From positions 1 to 61,374 of IMG/VR virus record IMGVR_UViG_3300049893_001396: a stretch of 61,374 nt of DNA; one strand, 5' to 3'. The position numbers were made by a program, and so were the translations under genes. The notes beneath the pieces were generated by a model. The model was not told where the DNA came from. It made no database searches and was given only the letters and a program-made list of their open reading frames with translations. The stretch is from a virus (taxonomy: Duplodnaviria > Caudoviricetes). Shown in pieces: positions 36,923 through 46,883 of this stretch (positions are counted from its first letter, which is position 1; every line of letters begins with the position of its first letter).

Positions 36923-39900
36923 GCAATCAAGAGGTAAGGATAAGTGTTGATGTAGATTCCAGTAAGGCTGAGAAGACTTTAGTAGAGCTCATACAAGAGG
37001 TCGAGAAGGTTGATGGAGCCTTTGTAAAGAGCTTCAAAAAGACTACTGTGGGTGGTCAGACGTTCTACACCACTAAGATAGGGCTGGATAGTAAACAATT
37101 TGAGCAAAGTGTCAAAGATATAAAAACAGCCTTGGAGAAGTTTGCTGGAACTGTTTCAGCTACTGTAGTTGAATTTAAAAAACTAGGTACTGTTCGGGAC
37201 GCGGATAATAAGGAGCTCAGTAAGAAATTGAAACTCGCTGAGTCCAAATTAAAAGAGTTTCAGAAACAGGTGCGAGTATTAGAGCAGGAGAACGCAAGAG
37301 AACAGGCGCGAAAAAGTAAAGCTGAGTATGATGAGATGCTGCGCATACAAAAAGCCGAACAAGCCAAGTCCTTAAAAGTATCGAAGGACTACTGGGACGC
37401 AAGAATCCGCCTGATATCATCCGCGCAATACCTCACAAAATCCATTGAGACCCAGATGGCTGGTACAATAGCAGCCACATCAATCCGACAAGATGAACAG
37501 AAGCGGAAGTTCGCAGAACGCTTCGCAGCAGCGCCACAAGGGGCTACTGGCGATACTGTTGAAATGAGCTTCTCTGCGATGAAACGAAGGTGGGATGCGA
37601 CTAAAGCGTCTGTAGTGAGTTTGAAAGACAAACTCAGCGAGATGGCCAAGCCCCTGTACGCGATCCAAACGATCTGGCAGAGCATTCAAGGCAGCGTACT
37701 TACCGTATACAGAACGGTTGAGACAGTCGCGAAGGTTCAGGACACTTACAATAAGCAGATCGCACTCACGAAGGCGATTGTACTGGGTATGCAGAAAGAT
37801 ACCAGTAACTGGGGTGACGCATCTGAAAAAGCCGGGAAGTACGCGGAGTCTTCGGTACAGGGGTTCAGGAGACTTGCTGCTGAAGGAAGTTTGCTTGCTA
37901 CGTCTGAACAAGCCGCCATTCTGAACAGAGAACTCTTGAAGAACGGGATTGCAATCGACTTCAACAACAAGAAGAGTGTTGAATACTTGACTGCGATGGC
38001 AAATGCGGTTTCGACGTTCACAATGGGTGCCCAGAACCAGAACGAGCAGTTCCGACAGGAGATGAATGCGCTACTAAACCTCCAAGCAGGTCGAGGTCGA
38101 GAGCTCTCCAACTTCCTGAAAGCGAAACTGGGTCCAGAGTGGAAACGGATTATTGACGATTGGAAGAAAGCGGGGATATACGAAGAGCAGATGACAAAGC
38201 TGTTCCGGGGATTCACTGCTGAGAATTTGAAATTAAACTATCTGTATGAAGTACAGAAAAACAGGCTTGCAGGGATCCGGGATGAGATTATTCGGGTTTC
38301 TACGGGGGATGTTTTTAAAGGGTTTGTTACGGGTATTGACAGGATCAATAATTACCTATTCGAGAACAGTCAGCAGATGGCGGATTATGTAGCTAGTTTT
38401 GCTACAACAACTGTGGGTATATTTAAAGTTTTTGGTGGGGCTATTGGATATGTGTGGGCGGGTGTTAGTAGCTTTTTAACACTAATGACTACTACATACA
38501 CAACCTTTGTAAATAGTCTAAAGGGGACAGTTGGTGGGTTATTCTACTTTTTAGCCGACATGCTCTTGAGATCTAAGGAAAGGGCACTATCTTTTAAGAC
38601 AGAGTTGTATAAATTAACTGGTGGAATATCAGATGCCGAGCGTAGAGAAATCGACAAAGATTCTCGCGAACTCACTAGGCAGCGACTACTTTTCAATGCA
38701 GAACGCATAGAGTTTTTGGCAAAATTGGATGCCGATACTTATAAAAACGCTCAAAGAAGGGCGGACACGTTTAAGATCAATACAGATATATTGATGGCAT
38801 CATTTAAGGCACAGTTAAGTGGGTTGCAAGATTTAAATAAAGTAATACTTGGTGAGATTCAGGCTGGTAAGCCATTTCCACAGTCCTCAACACAAACACC
38901 AGCACTCCCCGGAGCACCCGGTGAAAAGCAGAAGGCTGCAAAATCACCGCAAGATAAGCTACAAGATTCGATCAAGCAGACAATTTCGCTACTGAAGTCC
39001 GAATATGGGCTGTCAGATGCAGTGATCAAGCGGCTCACTTTCGGAAAGAACTTGGACGTTCAGCAGAAGACTCTAGCAGACTACCGGGCAGGACTTCGTA
39101 AACTTGGTGTAGAGTTCGGATGGACTTCGGAACAAATTCGGAAGTTTGCGGAAGTTGGCGGGGTGCCGAAAGAACAGGTAAAGATCCTTCAGGACTACAA
39201 CAAAGAAGTTGAGCGGTTGAAAAAGTACCAAGAGCAATTAGATGAGTTGAAACTGTCTTTAATTGATGTTGGGGCTACGGAAGAACAGATTGCAGAAGCA
39301 ATGGCAAAAAGTAATTCTGATGAGGATCGAATAAAAGCATTAAAAGGGCTTCTATCCGAGCTAAAGAAGCTGAAGTCCTATAATGATATGCTAAAAGAAT
39401 CCTTTGTAAGCGCGATGTCGGCCATGGCTGGTGCGTATAATTCACTCATTGACGAGTGGATTGCAGGTGGACTCAGGTGGGAAGATTTCCAGCAATCAAT
39501 GTTACAGGCCAGCGCAGACGCAGTACGAGCCTATATAGCAAAAGTTACGAGTGAGATTCTGGCGTTCTATGCGGTTCTTGCTGGATTAAAGCTATTGTCA
39601 TTCATACCGGGTATGCAGCAAATTTCAGCAGTACTGTCTGAGGCGTTTGTACAGTCATTCTCTGGAGGGGCTTATAGGGAAATGCCGCGATTCGCGTCTG
39701 GAACAGATTATGTAAAATATGATCAAGTAGCCCAAATCCACAAAGGAGAGATGATCGTACCTGCGAAGGAAACAGCTTTCCTCCATTCAGGGAAGGTAGC
39801 ACTTGTTTCTGCTAACAGCAAGGGTAATAATGATGCTATAATGGTGTTAGGCAATCAGATCAATCGATTGGCTGATCGACCTATGAATGTGGTACTTGAC

Positions 39901-39978
39901 TTCGGTTCGAGCCAGATGCGAGTCTTGGCGAAGCAGATGGACAGTGCAAACTACACTAGGGGACTCTACAAAATATGA
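36919..39978 (+). CDS. Tape measure protein
   Basis: 1019 aa helical; C-terminal FASGTDYV..AQIHKGEMIVP. Confidence 0.9.
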   Translation: MSNQEVRISVDVDSSKAEKTLVELIQEVEKVDGAFVKSFKKTTVGGQTFYTTKIGLDSKQFEQSVKDIKTALEKFAGTVSATVVEFKKLGTVRDADNKELSKKLKLAESKLKEFQKQVRVLEQENAREQARKSKAEYDEMLRIQKAEQAKSLKVSKDYWDARIRLISSAQYLTKSIETQMAGTIAATSIRQDEQKRKFAERFAAAPQGATGDTVEMSFSAMKRRWDATKASVVSLKDKLSEMAKPLYAIQTIWQSIQGSVLTVYRTVETVAKVQDTYNKQIALTKAIVLGMQKDTSNWGDASEKAGKYAESSVQGFRRLAAEGSLLATSEQAAILNRELLKNGIAIDFNNKKSVEYLTAMANAVSTFTMGAQNQNEQFRQEMNALLNLQAGRGRELSNFLKAKLGPEWKRIIDDWKKAGIYEEQMTKLFRGFTAENLKLNYLYEVQKNRLAGIRDEIIRVSTGDVFKGFVTGIDRINNYLFENSQQMADYVASFATTTVGIFKVFGGAIGYVWAGVSSFLTLMTTTYTTFVNSLKGTVGGLFYFLADMLLRSKERALSFKTELYKLTGGISDAERREIDKDSRELTRQRLLFNAERIEFLAKLDADTYKNAQRRADTFKINTDILMASFKAQLSGLQDLNKVILGEIQAGKPFPQSSTQTPALPGAPGEKQKAAKSPQDKLQDSIKQTISLLKSEYGLSDAVIKRLTFGKNLDVQQKTLADYRAGLRKLGVEFGWTSEQIRKFAEVGGVPKEQVKILQDYNKEVERLKKYQEQLDELKLSLIDVGATEEQIAEAMAKSNSDEDRIKALKGLLSELKKLKSYNDMLKESFVSAMSAMAGAYNSLIDEWIAGGLRWEDFQQSMLQASADAVRAYIAKVTSEILAFYAVLAGLKLLSFIPGMQQISAVLSEAFVQSFSGGAYREMPRFASGTDYVKYDQVAQIHKGEMIVPAKETAFLHSGKVALVSANSKGNNDAIMVLGNQINRLADRPMNVVLDFGSSQMRVLAKQMDSANYTRGLYKI

Positions 39979-42900
39979 TCACAGCACCTACTCGATACGT
40001 TAAGATCGAACTAAAGAGACGAACCGGGACAAACACTTGGGAGACTAATTGGCAAGATATTACGAAATACTTCCTTGAGTTTGGATCTGATATCTCGTTC
40101 GAGCTGGATGCCCGGACATCTGAGGTAAGTCTTGAGCAGTTGAATGTGTCGTTGATTATGGACAATTCAAGGGGCAAGTTCAACACCGAGGACTCCAGCA
40201 ACTCCATGTTCACAACTGGAAATTACCGACTATTTGCCCGGGTGAAGGTGTCGGTTGGTTTGTCTCAATCAGAGACGAATGGAGTGCAAGACGCACCTTC
40301 AGATCTGTTCGTATTTGACGGGATTCTGGTGGATGTGACGATCGCGCTGGATAACACTATGACGCTACTTGTCGCATCGAAGCTGTCTGTTCTGAAGAAC
40401 CATATCTTGGACGTTGATCGTTCGGTATCCATCAATCCACAGTATTCAGGCCGGGCGTTGCTGGACAAGATAATCGCACTTTATAATTCCACCTATTCCG
40501 CACTCGGTGTGAGTTTGAAGCTTGGCGGGATTTATGCGGACTATGTGAAGTCTGAGTATGATATTGTTGGAAAGACCTATTATGAGCTTCTTGTTAGTAT
40601 CGCATCCGAGCTCCAGCTATTCCTGTCGCTGTATACTGACGATGTTATCCGGATTGGCCAGCGTGGAATGGTGGACTCTGCGGCGAGTATGCTGGATCCT
40701 TCGACATATCGGATTGATGGGGTGAATGGTGTAGCTTTATCGATAACAAAGCCAACATATACATATTCCTCAAATATAGCGACAACAACGTACCCATTCC
40801 AAGAATCGTTGATTTTATCACAAGCAACACTTGAAACTATAGGAGATACTAGCCCGAATTCAATTGATTCGAATATAACTTATAGCTCAGTTTTTGATTC
40901 ATCGTTTCAATCCTCACCATTCGGAAGTTGGAGGGGACGGGTGCATCACAGTTTTTCTTTTTTTAACACAGAGACGAGTTATTCGACATATAATATGTCT
41001 TCAGTGGGCAGTATAATCGTGGTGGACATGCTCATGTGTATTTCCAAGTATTTTGAAGCTAAAGGAGACTCAGGGACCTATTATACTGAAACACATTCTA
41101 AAAGCGACTACTACCCGACTGTAAATGGGGTAGGTAAGTACCCTGAGTATAGAAGTACAAATATGAATATAAGTAGTGCTAACTCGCCTGAGTGCTCCAT
41201 ATTTTCTATAATATCAAATTCAATAAATACAGATTCGTCCTACAATATAGACTATACTTATATCAGTAATTTCTTATCAGCATATATTGGGAAATCAATT
41301 GGATACTATAACCAAGCCATTAAATTCGCATATAAGTTAGGCATTGTAAAAACAATACCAAAGAAAAACTTTGATGGAACAAAAAGATTTTCTAATATGG
41401 GCTATGACTCTATATGCGTCAATAACGAGGGTAAATTATATTATAGAAGATATTCAAATAGCCTGCTACGAAGGGGTATGTATTATTCAATTGGAGATCG
41501 ATGCTTCGCCTATATGCACTATGCACGTAATAACGGATCAGGCCGCTTTTTAATGCGTACGAAATTAGTTGAATTAGAATGCACAACTGCGGGAACTACT
41601 GCAACAGGGTCGAATAGTATTACAGCATGGGGAGTTGGTTCGTATAATAAAGCCGATTGCGCAACTGGAACAAGTTATGCAGACGGCTCGGCAATGTTTA
41701 AAAAAATAAATGACTGTTTTCAAGTGGATTCAACGCACGTAGACGATGTTCAGATGACACATGTGGGTTTTAGTGAGTACTCTAGGATATTAAGTTACAC
41801 GAATGAACCGTATTATATTTTTTCAGGCGGGCAATTTCCAGACACTTATGACTTCATTCGGATGTTTGATGTGAGGTTACATGGTGGTATTTATTATATT
41901 GACTACTACAAAGTGTGGGGATTAAATAACGCTGACTTCAGTTTACAGGGGATAACCGCTGCCGATTTACTGGACTGTAGAATAAATGGTAGCGTGTATC
42001 AAAATGCTACAAATGCATGTGTAGAATTTGAGTTCTTACTGCCCTATGATACGGATTTATGGGAGTCTTTAGTTCATCCGAGAGGTTCTACGGTTATATG
42101 TGATGTTGAAATAGGAGAGGTCCCAGTGGATGCTTCGTTGAGTCACCTTAGATTGGTATTTGACGGAACAAATAACACTATACAAGCCTTTGTAAATGGC
42201 TCAGCGTTTGATACCAAGTACAATGAAAACATTGGAAAATCATTTACAGACGTCGATATTAGGGCTGTGACATTTTCAGGAGGTTCTTTTAGGAGTTTAT
42301 ATTCTAATTTATACGCTGATTATCTATATGAGGATGATTGGATTGGCGAGCATCTACTCACTGAAACCTTCAAAATAGCCTATAAAAACTTTACACCAAA
42401 ATATGGGCAGGTTTTAATCAATATATGTGACAGTGTTCCGGATTCGTCAGATTCTATTGATATATTTAATCAACTTTTTAAAAGTGAAATGTCCTCCGGA
42501 GCCCAGACAATTTATTATACGTCTAAAGAATCTGATATATTGGAGTATGTATCTGGAATAGATGATGTACGCAATTATGTGACTATTGCACAATCAAAGG
42601 AGCAGTATATATGTGAATTCCTGTATCCAATAATTATGGGTACGCCATATATAAACGATATTATAATATACGCTAATGAGAGGATTATATATCAGCTGAA
42701 AAGTATGCGGTATTATGTGGGGACGGCTAATGACGTGCTTGATATAAATGGTACTCTCACTAATTCATCCGTATACACTGGGTGGATAGTGGGTGATTCT
42801 GCTAACTCAGATAAAACCGCGCTCGAACTATTTAATGGGAGCTATACACTAAAGGAGGCGTATGGTACCGGAGATGTGGAGAACCAGCCGAAACTAACTA

Positions 42901-43508
42901 TCTACAATAAGGTAATTGCTGGCCTAACCTATAAAGTATACAAGTTTTATACATCGGATTCTGCATGGGATAAACTAAAGGTTAGTATTAGATTAGTTGA
43001 TTCGCAGAATCAGCTAGAAAAACGATTTTATACAGATATAGATGGACTAGATTATGTGGACATTCAGTCTATCAAGGGCGTACCTTTCTACAAATCCTCT
43101 GCATTCCTAGCATCACAGACAGACACAGCTTCTGTGCTTAAATACGGGGTAATACCGGAGACAATAGGCAAGGACAAGAAGTACACCACATCAATGGCGA
43201 ATGCGGTGGCCGCGAATTTCCTCAATAACCGGGCGGAGCCGAGTGCTCGGGTGACTATTCAGGTTCCGTTCAATTACCAGAACCCGAAGCCGTATGATCA
43301 GGTGACTTTGAAGGTATACGACAATAACAACGGTCAGCACTCTTGGGATCCTTACGCAGGGAACGGGGTATTCAACTCTTGGGACTCCGCCACAGATTCC
43401 GGTAACGGCTTGAAGTACTATTACAAGGTGTTCAGGATATTTGGCGTTACGCATAAGGCGGATATGTCGGGTACGGTATTGAAATTAGTAGAAGAACAGG
43501 GGGCATGA
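39975..43508 (+). CDS. Large tail tip/baseplate protein with AT-rich central region
   Basis: Follows tape measure; Tyr/Ser/Asn-rich middle. Confidence 0.7.
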   Translation: MITAPTRYVKIELKRRTGTNTWETNWQDITKYFLEFGSDISFELDARTSEVSLEQLNVSLIMDNSRGKFNTEDSSNSMFTTGNYRLFARVKVSVGLSQSETNGVQDAPSDLFVFDGILVDVTIALDNTMTLLVASKLSVLKNHILDVDRSVSINPQYSGRALLDKIIALYNSTYSALGVSLKLGGIYADYVKSEYDIVGKTYYELLVSIASELQLFLSLYTDDVIRIGQRGMVDSAASMLDPSTYRIDGVNGVALSITKPTYTYSSNIATTTYPFQESLILSQATLETIGDTSPNSIDSNITYSSVFDSSFQSSPFGSWRGRVHHSFSFFNTETSYSTYNMSSVGSIIVVDMLMCISKYFEAKGDSGTYYTETHSKSDYYPTVNGVGKYPEYRSTNMNISSANSPECSIFSIISNSINTDSSYNIDYTYISNFLSAYIGKSIGYYNQAIKFAYKLGIVKTIPKKNFDGTKRFSNMGYDSICVNNEGKLYYRRYSNSLLRRGMYYSIGDRCFAYMHYARNNGSGRFLMRTKLVELECTTAGTTATGSNSITAWGVGSYNKADCATGTSYADGSAMFKKINDCFQVDSTHVDDVQMTHVGFSEYSRILSYTNEPYYIFSGGQFPDTYDFIRMFDVRLHGGIYYIDYYKVWGLNNADFSLQGITAADLLDCRINGSVYQNATNACVEFEFLLPYDTDLWESLVHPRGSTVICDVEIGEVPVDASLSHLRLVFDGTNNTIQAFVNGSAFDTKYNENIGKSFTDVDIRAVTFSGGSFRSLYSNLYADYLYEDDWIGEHLLTETFKIAYKNFTPKYGQVLINICDSVPDSSDSIDIFNQLFKSEMSSGAQTIYYTSKESDILEYVSGIDDVRNYVTIAQSKEQYICEFLYPIIMGTPYINDIIIYANERIIYQLKSMRYYVGTANDVLDINGTLTNSSVYTGWIVGDSANSDKTALELFNGSYTLKEAYGTGDVENQPKLTIYNKVIAGLTYKVYKFYTSDSAWDKLKVSIRLVDSQNQLEKRFYTDIDGLDYVDIQSIKGVPFYKSSAFLASQTDTASVLKYGVIPETIGKDKKYTTSMANAVAANFLNNRAEPSARVTIQVPFNYQNPKPYDQVTLKVYDNNNGQHSWDPYAGNGVFNSWDSATDSGNGLKYYYKVFRIFGVTHKADMSGTVLKLVEEQGA

Positions 43509-43509
43509 G

Positions 43510-44409
43510 ATGAGCTTCACGACACTGCATCCCGAGTGGTGCGAGATCAATCTGGCGGACAAGAACGTGTATTCGAGCGTGGCATACACCTACTCGAACT
43601 TTGGATCGACCCCAGCCACTGAACGACTGTATGACTACAAATCGGATCTGGTACTGACTTCAAGCTCTGCAACTGGAACGACCGCCGCAGTTATTCAAGT
43701 CGATCTAGGGGGTACGAAGTCCGCGAACACAGTGAAGATCCTGAACTGTAACTGGCGAGACTATCTGGTCCAGTACTCCACCAACGGGTCGAACTGGACT
43801 ACCCTATTCTCAGACACCAATAATGTGAATTCGGGCATCCATAACTACGTCGATAATGATGGCGATACCGATGATATCTGGTCAGAACTTGGTGAGGTTC
43901 TTTTTGACGAAAATTCAACTGCGATAACAGAGGAAGCGAACCCGGGCGTGGTGAGTTTTAGATACCTGAAGTTCACTGCGAATAGGGCCTTTAACTATTC
44001 GGACGAGAAGTACGTCGGTGAGATTTACATTGGAATGCGTGCAATGAAGCTCGCTACGGGTAAGGTTCTGGACTACGCAGAAGAACACAGTGACGCCCGG
44101 GAAAGTGTGATAAACACTTGGGACGGTTATTCGATCAAGAACCGCTCGAAGCAGACGTACAAGGGTACGTTCAGCATCAGCAGACCATCCACAGCAGAGG
44201 CCCAGTTTATTCGAGATTTCATCAAGAAGGGGTACTGCTATGTGTTCTTCCCAACGGGCGGCGAGATTGGCGAAGAGCTGCACTTCTGCCTGAGTTTTGG
44301 GGATGTCTATCTGGTGACGGGTGTTGGGAGTTGGGGGATCAACCCATTCGGCGTTTCCGGAAATGGTATCATCACATTTGAGCAACTTGAGACCAAGATG
44401 TTAAATTAA
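43510..44409 (+). CDS. Tail protein with discoidin/F5-8-like domain
   Basis: IQVDLGG...YLVQYSTNGSNWT...FRYLKF. Confidence 0.65.
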   Translation: MSFTTLHPEWCEINLADKNVYSSVAYTYSNFGSTPATERLYDYKSDLVLTSSSATGTTAAVIQVDLGGTKSANTVKILNCNWRDYLVQYSTNGSNWTTLFSDTNNVNSGIHNYVDNDGDTDDIWSELGEVLFDENSTAITEEANPGVVSFRYLKFTANRAFNYSDEKYVGEIYIGMRAMKLATGKVLDYAEEHSDARESVINTWDGYSIKNRSKQTYKGTFSISRPSTAEAQFIRDFIKKGYCYVFFPTGGEIGEELHFCLSFGDVYLVTGVGSWGINPFGVSGNGIITFEQLETKMLN

Positions 44410-44463
44410 AGTTATGGTTATTTACATACAAATCGTGCTATAATATGAATTAAGGAGCGAGTT

Positions 44464-45723
44464 ATGGGGATCAAGATTTCCGCTTTTTCGAGTAAGACGC
44501 CAGCCGCCGACCACATCATTCCGATAGTGGACACGGACGACCCTTTGCTGGTCTACAACTACAAGACCACATTAGAGGATTTACAGGACTTCATACTCGG
44601 CTCCGGCGGATCAGTCACATATACGACAATAGCCGCGACAACTGCAACAATCACGAACCTTACTTGCTCTTCATCATTCACAGGATACCAAGGCTCTTTT
44701 ACCAACCTCACCACAACCACCTGTCTGGCCACAACTGCGACTGTGACTAATCTGGTATTCGCAGACGGCACTCGTATGACTTCAGCTGCTGCGACTGCAA
44801 CTGGAATGACCTCAACTACTGATCTTACTTTTGCAGCTGATACGGACAACAATGGTTCTGGGGTTATATCATTTGCGACTAGAGGTACTGAGCGACTTGG
44901 TATAGCCAATACAGGTGCGGTATCTATTTCAGGCGGCCTCAACGTCGGCACTGCAACTGGTGCGGGGGCTGGGGAAATTAAGGCTAGTGCTGGCGGATCT
45001 TTCATGGGCAACGTCGGCATCGGAACGACTGCGCCAGCTAATAAATTAGATGTTAGTTTAGGTGATAATCAATCGCTCAATCTAACATCATCTGGCGCTA
45101 ATTATACATCATATATTAATTTTGTTGATTCAGACGCCGCAAATTCTGGACGAATCAGCTACGATCATTCTTCAAATGCAATGCGATTCGCAACTGGAAC
45201 TGCGGCAGGAACGGAAAGAGTGAGGATTGATGTAAACGGCAACGTCGGCATCGGTACGACTGCGCCAGATGTTTTAGCACACCTATACAGAACCAGCTCT
45301 GACACAACAATAACTAATTACGACGGCGCGACAGCTGCTACGTTAAAGTTAAACAATCCAGACACAACCTCTGGAACGTACTGCGCATTAGCTCTTAGGG
45401 CTGGCACATCAGATAATGCAATTATTTGTATTAATAGAGGTACAAATCAGGGCGATATAGCGTTTTTAACAGACAATGCAGGTATAGGTGAAAGAGTCAG
45501 AATTTTAGCAAACGGCAACGTCGGCATCGGTACGACTGCGCCAGCCGCCGTACTCCACGGTACTGGTTCCACAATCATAGGTGCAGCAACTTCCGCAATT
45601 GCGGATGGGAGTATCGGCAATAGTCAAGTGAATGTGTGGTTGGACGAGTCTGGGAATAACCTGAAGTTCCGGATTAAGTATTCGAATGGTACGTTAAAAA
45701 CTGGGACACTGGCTTTGACATAA
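44464..45723 (+). CDS. Tail fibre with GNVGIGTTAP repeats
   Basis: Three GNVGIGTTAP repeats; own extended -10 (TGCTATAAT) upstream. Confidence 0.8.
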   Translation: MGIKISAFSSKTPAADHIIPIVDTDDPLLVYNYKTTLEDLQDFILGSGGSVTYTTIAATTATITNLTCSSSFTGYQGSFTNLTTTTCLATTATVTNLVFADGTRMTSAAATATGMTSTTDLTFAADTDNNGSGVISFATRGTERLGIANTGAVSISGGLNVGTATGAGAGEIKASAGGSFMGNVGIGTTAPANKLDVSLGDNQSLNLTSSGANYTSYINFVDSDAANSGRISYDHSSNAMRFATGTAAGTERVRIDVNGNVGIGTTAPDVLAHLYRTSSDTTITNYDGATAATLKLNNPDTTSGTYCALALRAGTSDNAIICINRGTNQGDIAFLTDNAGIGERVRILANGNVGIGTTAPAAVLHGTGSTIIGAATSAIADGSIGNSQVNVWLDESGNNLKFRIKYSNGTLKTGTLALT

Positions 45724-45733
45724 AGGAGAGCAT

Positions 45734-46219
45734 ATGACAATATCAAAATTAACAAGATATACCGCGACGCTTACTCGACCAACAGAGGCGCAACCTGTTC
45801 AGTATGCTGCCGGAGATGTAATCAGCTCCACGGCATCCCCTAAGTCGAATATTACAGTAGATTTTTCGGACTTCAGTTCCGCCTATATTGTAGGGATTAC
45901 TTTGAAAGTAGCTATGACATCCGTACCAGTGGATATGAATGCGGGATTTACGGTACATTTCTATTCGGCAGCCCCGGCTGAATTGTCTGATAATGCTGCG
46001 TATGCTATAACAACGGACACGGGATACTTATTCTCGATTGATTTGGCAACTCCAACTGATATTGGAGGATTTATCTTCACTCAAGAATTTACAAAGAAAC
46101 TCCCCATAACATTTGGATCTGCCTCTACTCTGTATGCTAATCTAGTAACGAAAAGCGCATTTACACCTGAGTCTGCGACGGTATTCACACTCGGGATTGT
46201 GACTGAAAAACTTCAATAA
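45734..46219 (+). CDS. Virion-associated hypothetical protein
   Basis: AAAGGAG RBS; YAAGDVI motif. Confidence 0.6.
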   Translation: MTISKLTRYTATLTRPTEAQPVQYAAGDVISSTASPKSNITVDFSDFSSAYIVGITLKVAMTSVPVDMNAGFTVHFYSAAPAELSDNAAYAITTDTGYLFSIDLATPTDIGGFIFTQEFTKKLPITFGSASTLYANLVTKSAFTPESATVFTLGIVTEKLQ

Positions 46220-46233
46220 ACGAGGTAACTACG

Positions 46234-46533
46234 ATGAGATGCAAATTTAACACAAAGATCACTGATATTAAGGGAACCGAGATCCAAGGCCCGGATGGCT
46301 CGGCCATCGATCTTGCTTGGCTTGCAGGCGAATGCTTATTGGCCATTGATCAGGGCGCTTCTGCGGATGAGAAGCTGAAGCGGTTCGCACTGGCGCGTAA
46401 GATCCACGAAACACCTGATTGCGAGTTTACTGTAGAAGAGCTGGCACTTTTGAAGAACCAGATCGGCAAACACCACTCCCCTCTTCTGGTTGGGATGGCG
46501 TATTCTATTATTGAACGTGGAGATGCTGTATGA
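46234..46533 (+). CDS. Hypothetical protein (possible fibre assembly)
   Basis: Coupled ORF in the fibre region. Confidence 0.6.
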   Translation: MRCKFNTKITDIKGTEIQGPDGSAIDLAWLAGECLLAIDQGASADEKLKRFALARKIHETPDCEFTVEELALLKNQIGKHHSPLLVGMAYSIIERGDAV

Positions 46534-46883
46534 GTTTCTCACTTGACCGTGGCCATGCGAATGTTCTGATATACAATTTTGACGACAACACATTGTTTGA
46601 TGATATCAGTACGTTCGAGTTCTGGTTCACGGTCAAGGAGTCCATTGGTGACGATGATTCTGCGGCTCTGATTGCGAAGACAGAGGCTGATATGACCGTT
46701 CTGAACAATACGGGCGGGGATCCTATGATACTCACCATCCCACTCACAGAGTCTGATATGGATATCACCCCGGGTCATTACTATTATGATCTGTGGTGTA
46801 AGCGTGGGAACACACTTCCAGCCAACAAGTTCGATTCCGGCCGTTTTGACGTGACCCAACCTGTGACGAGGAGTATAGCCTAA
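46530..46883 (+). CDS. BppU N-terminal-like Ig-fold protein
   Basis: FTVK...LTIPLTESD..ITPGHYYYDL...SGRFDV. Confidence 0.6.
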   Translation: MSFSLDRGHANVLIYNFDDNTLFDDISTFEFWFTVKESIGDDDSAALIAKTEADMTVLNNTGGDPMILTIPLTESDMDITPGHYYYDLWCKRGNTLPANKFDSGRFDVTQPVTRSIA

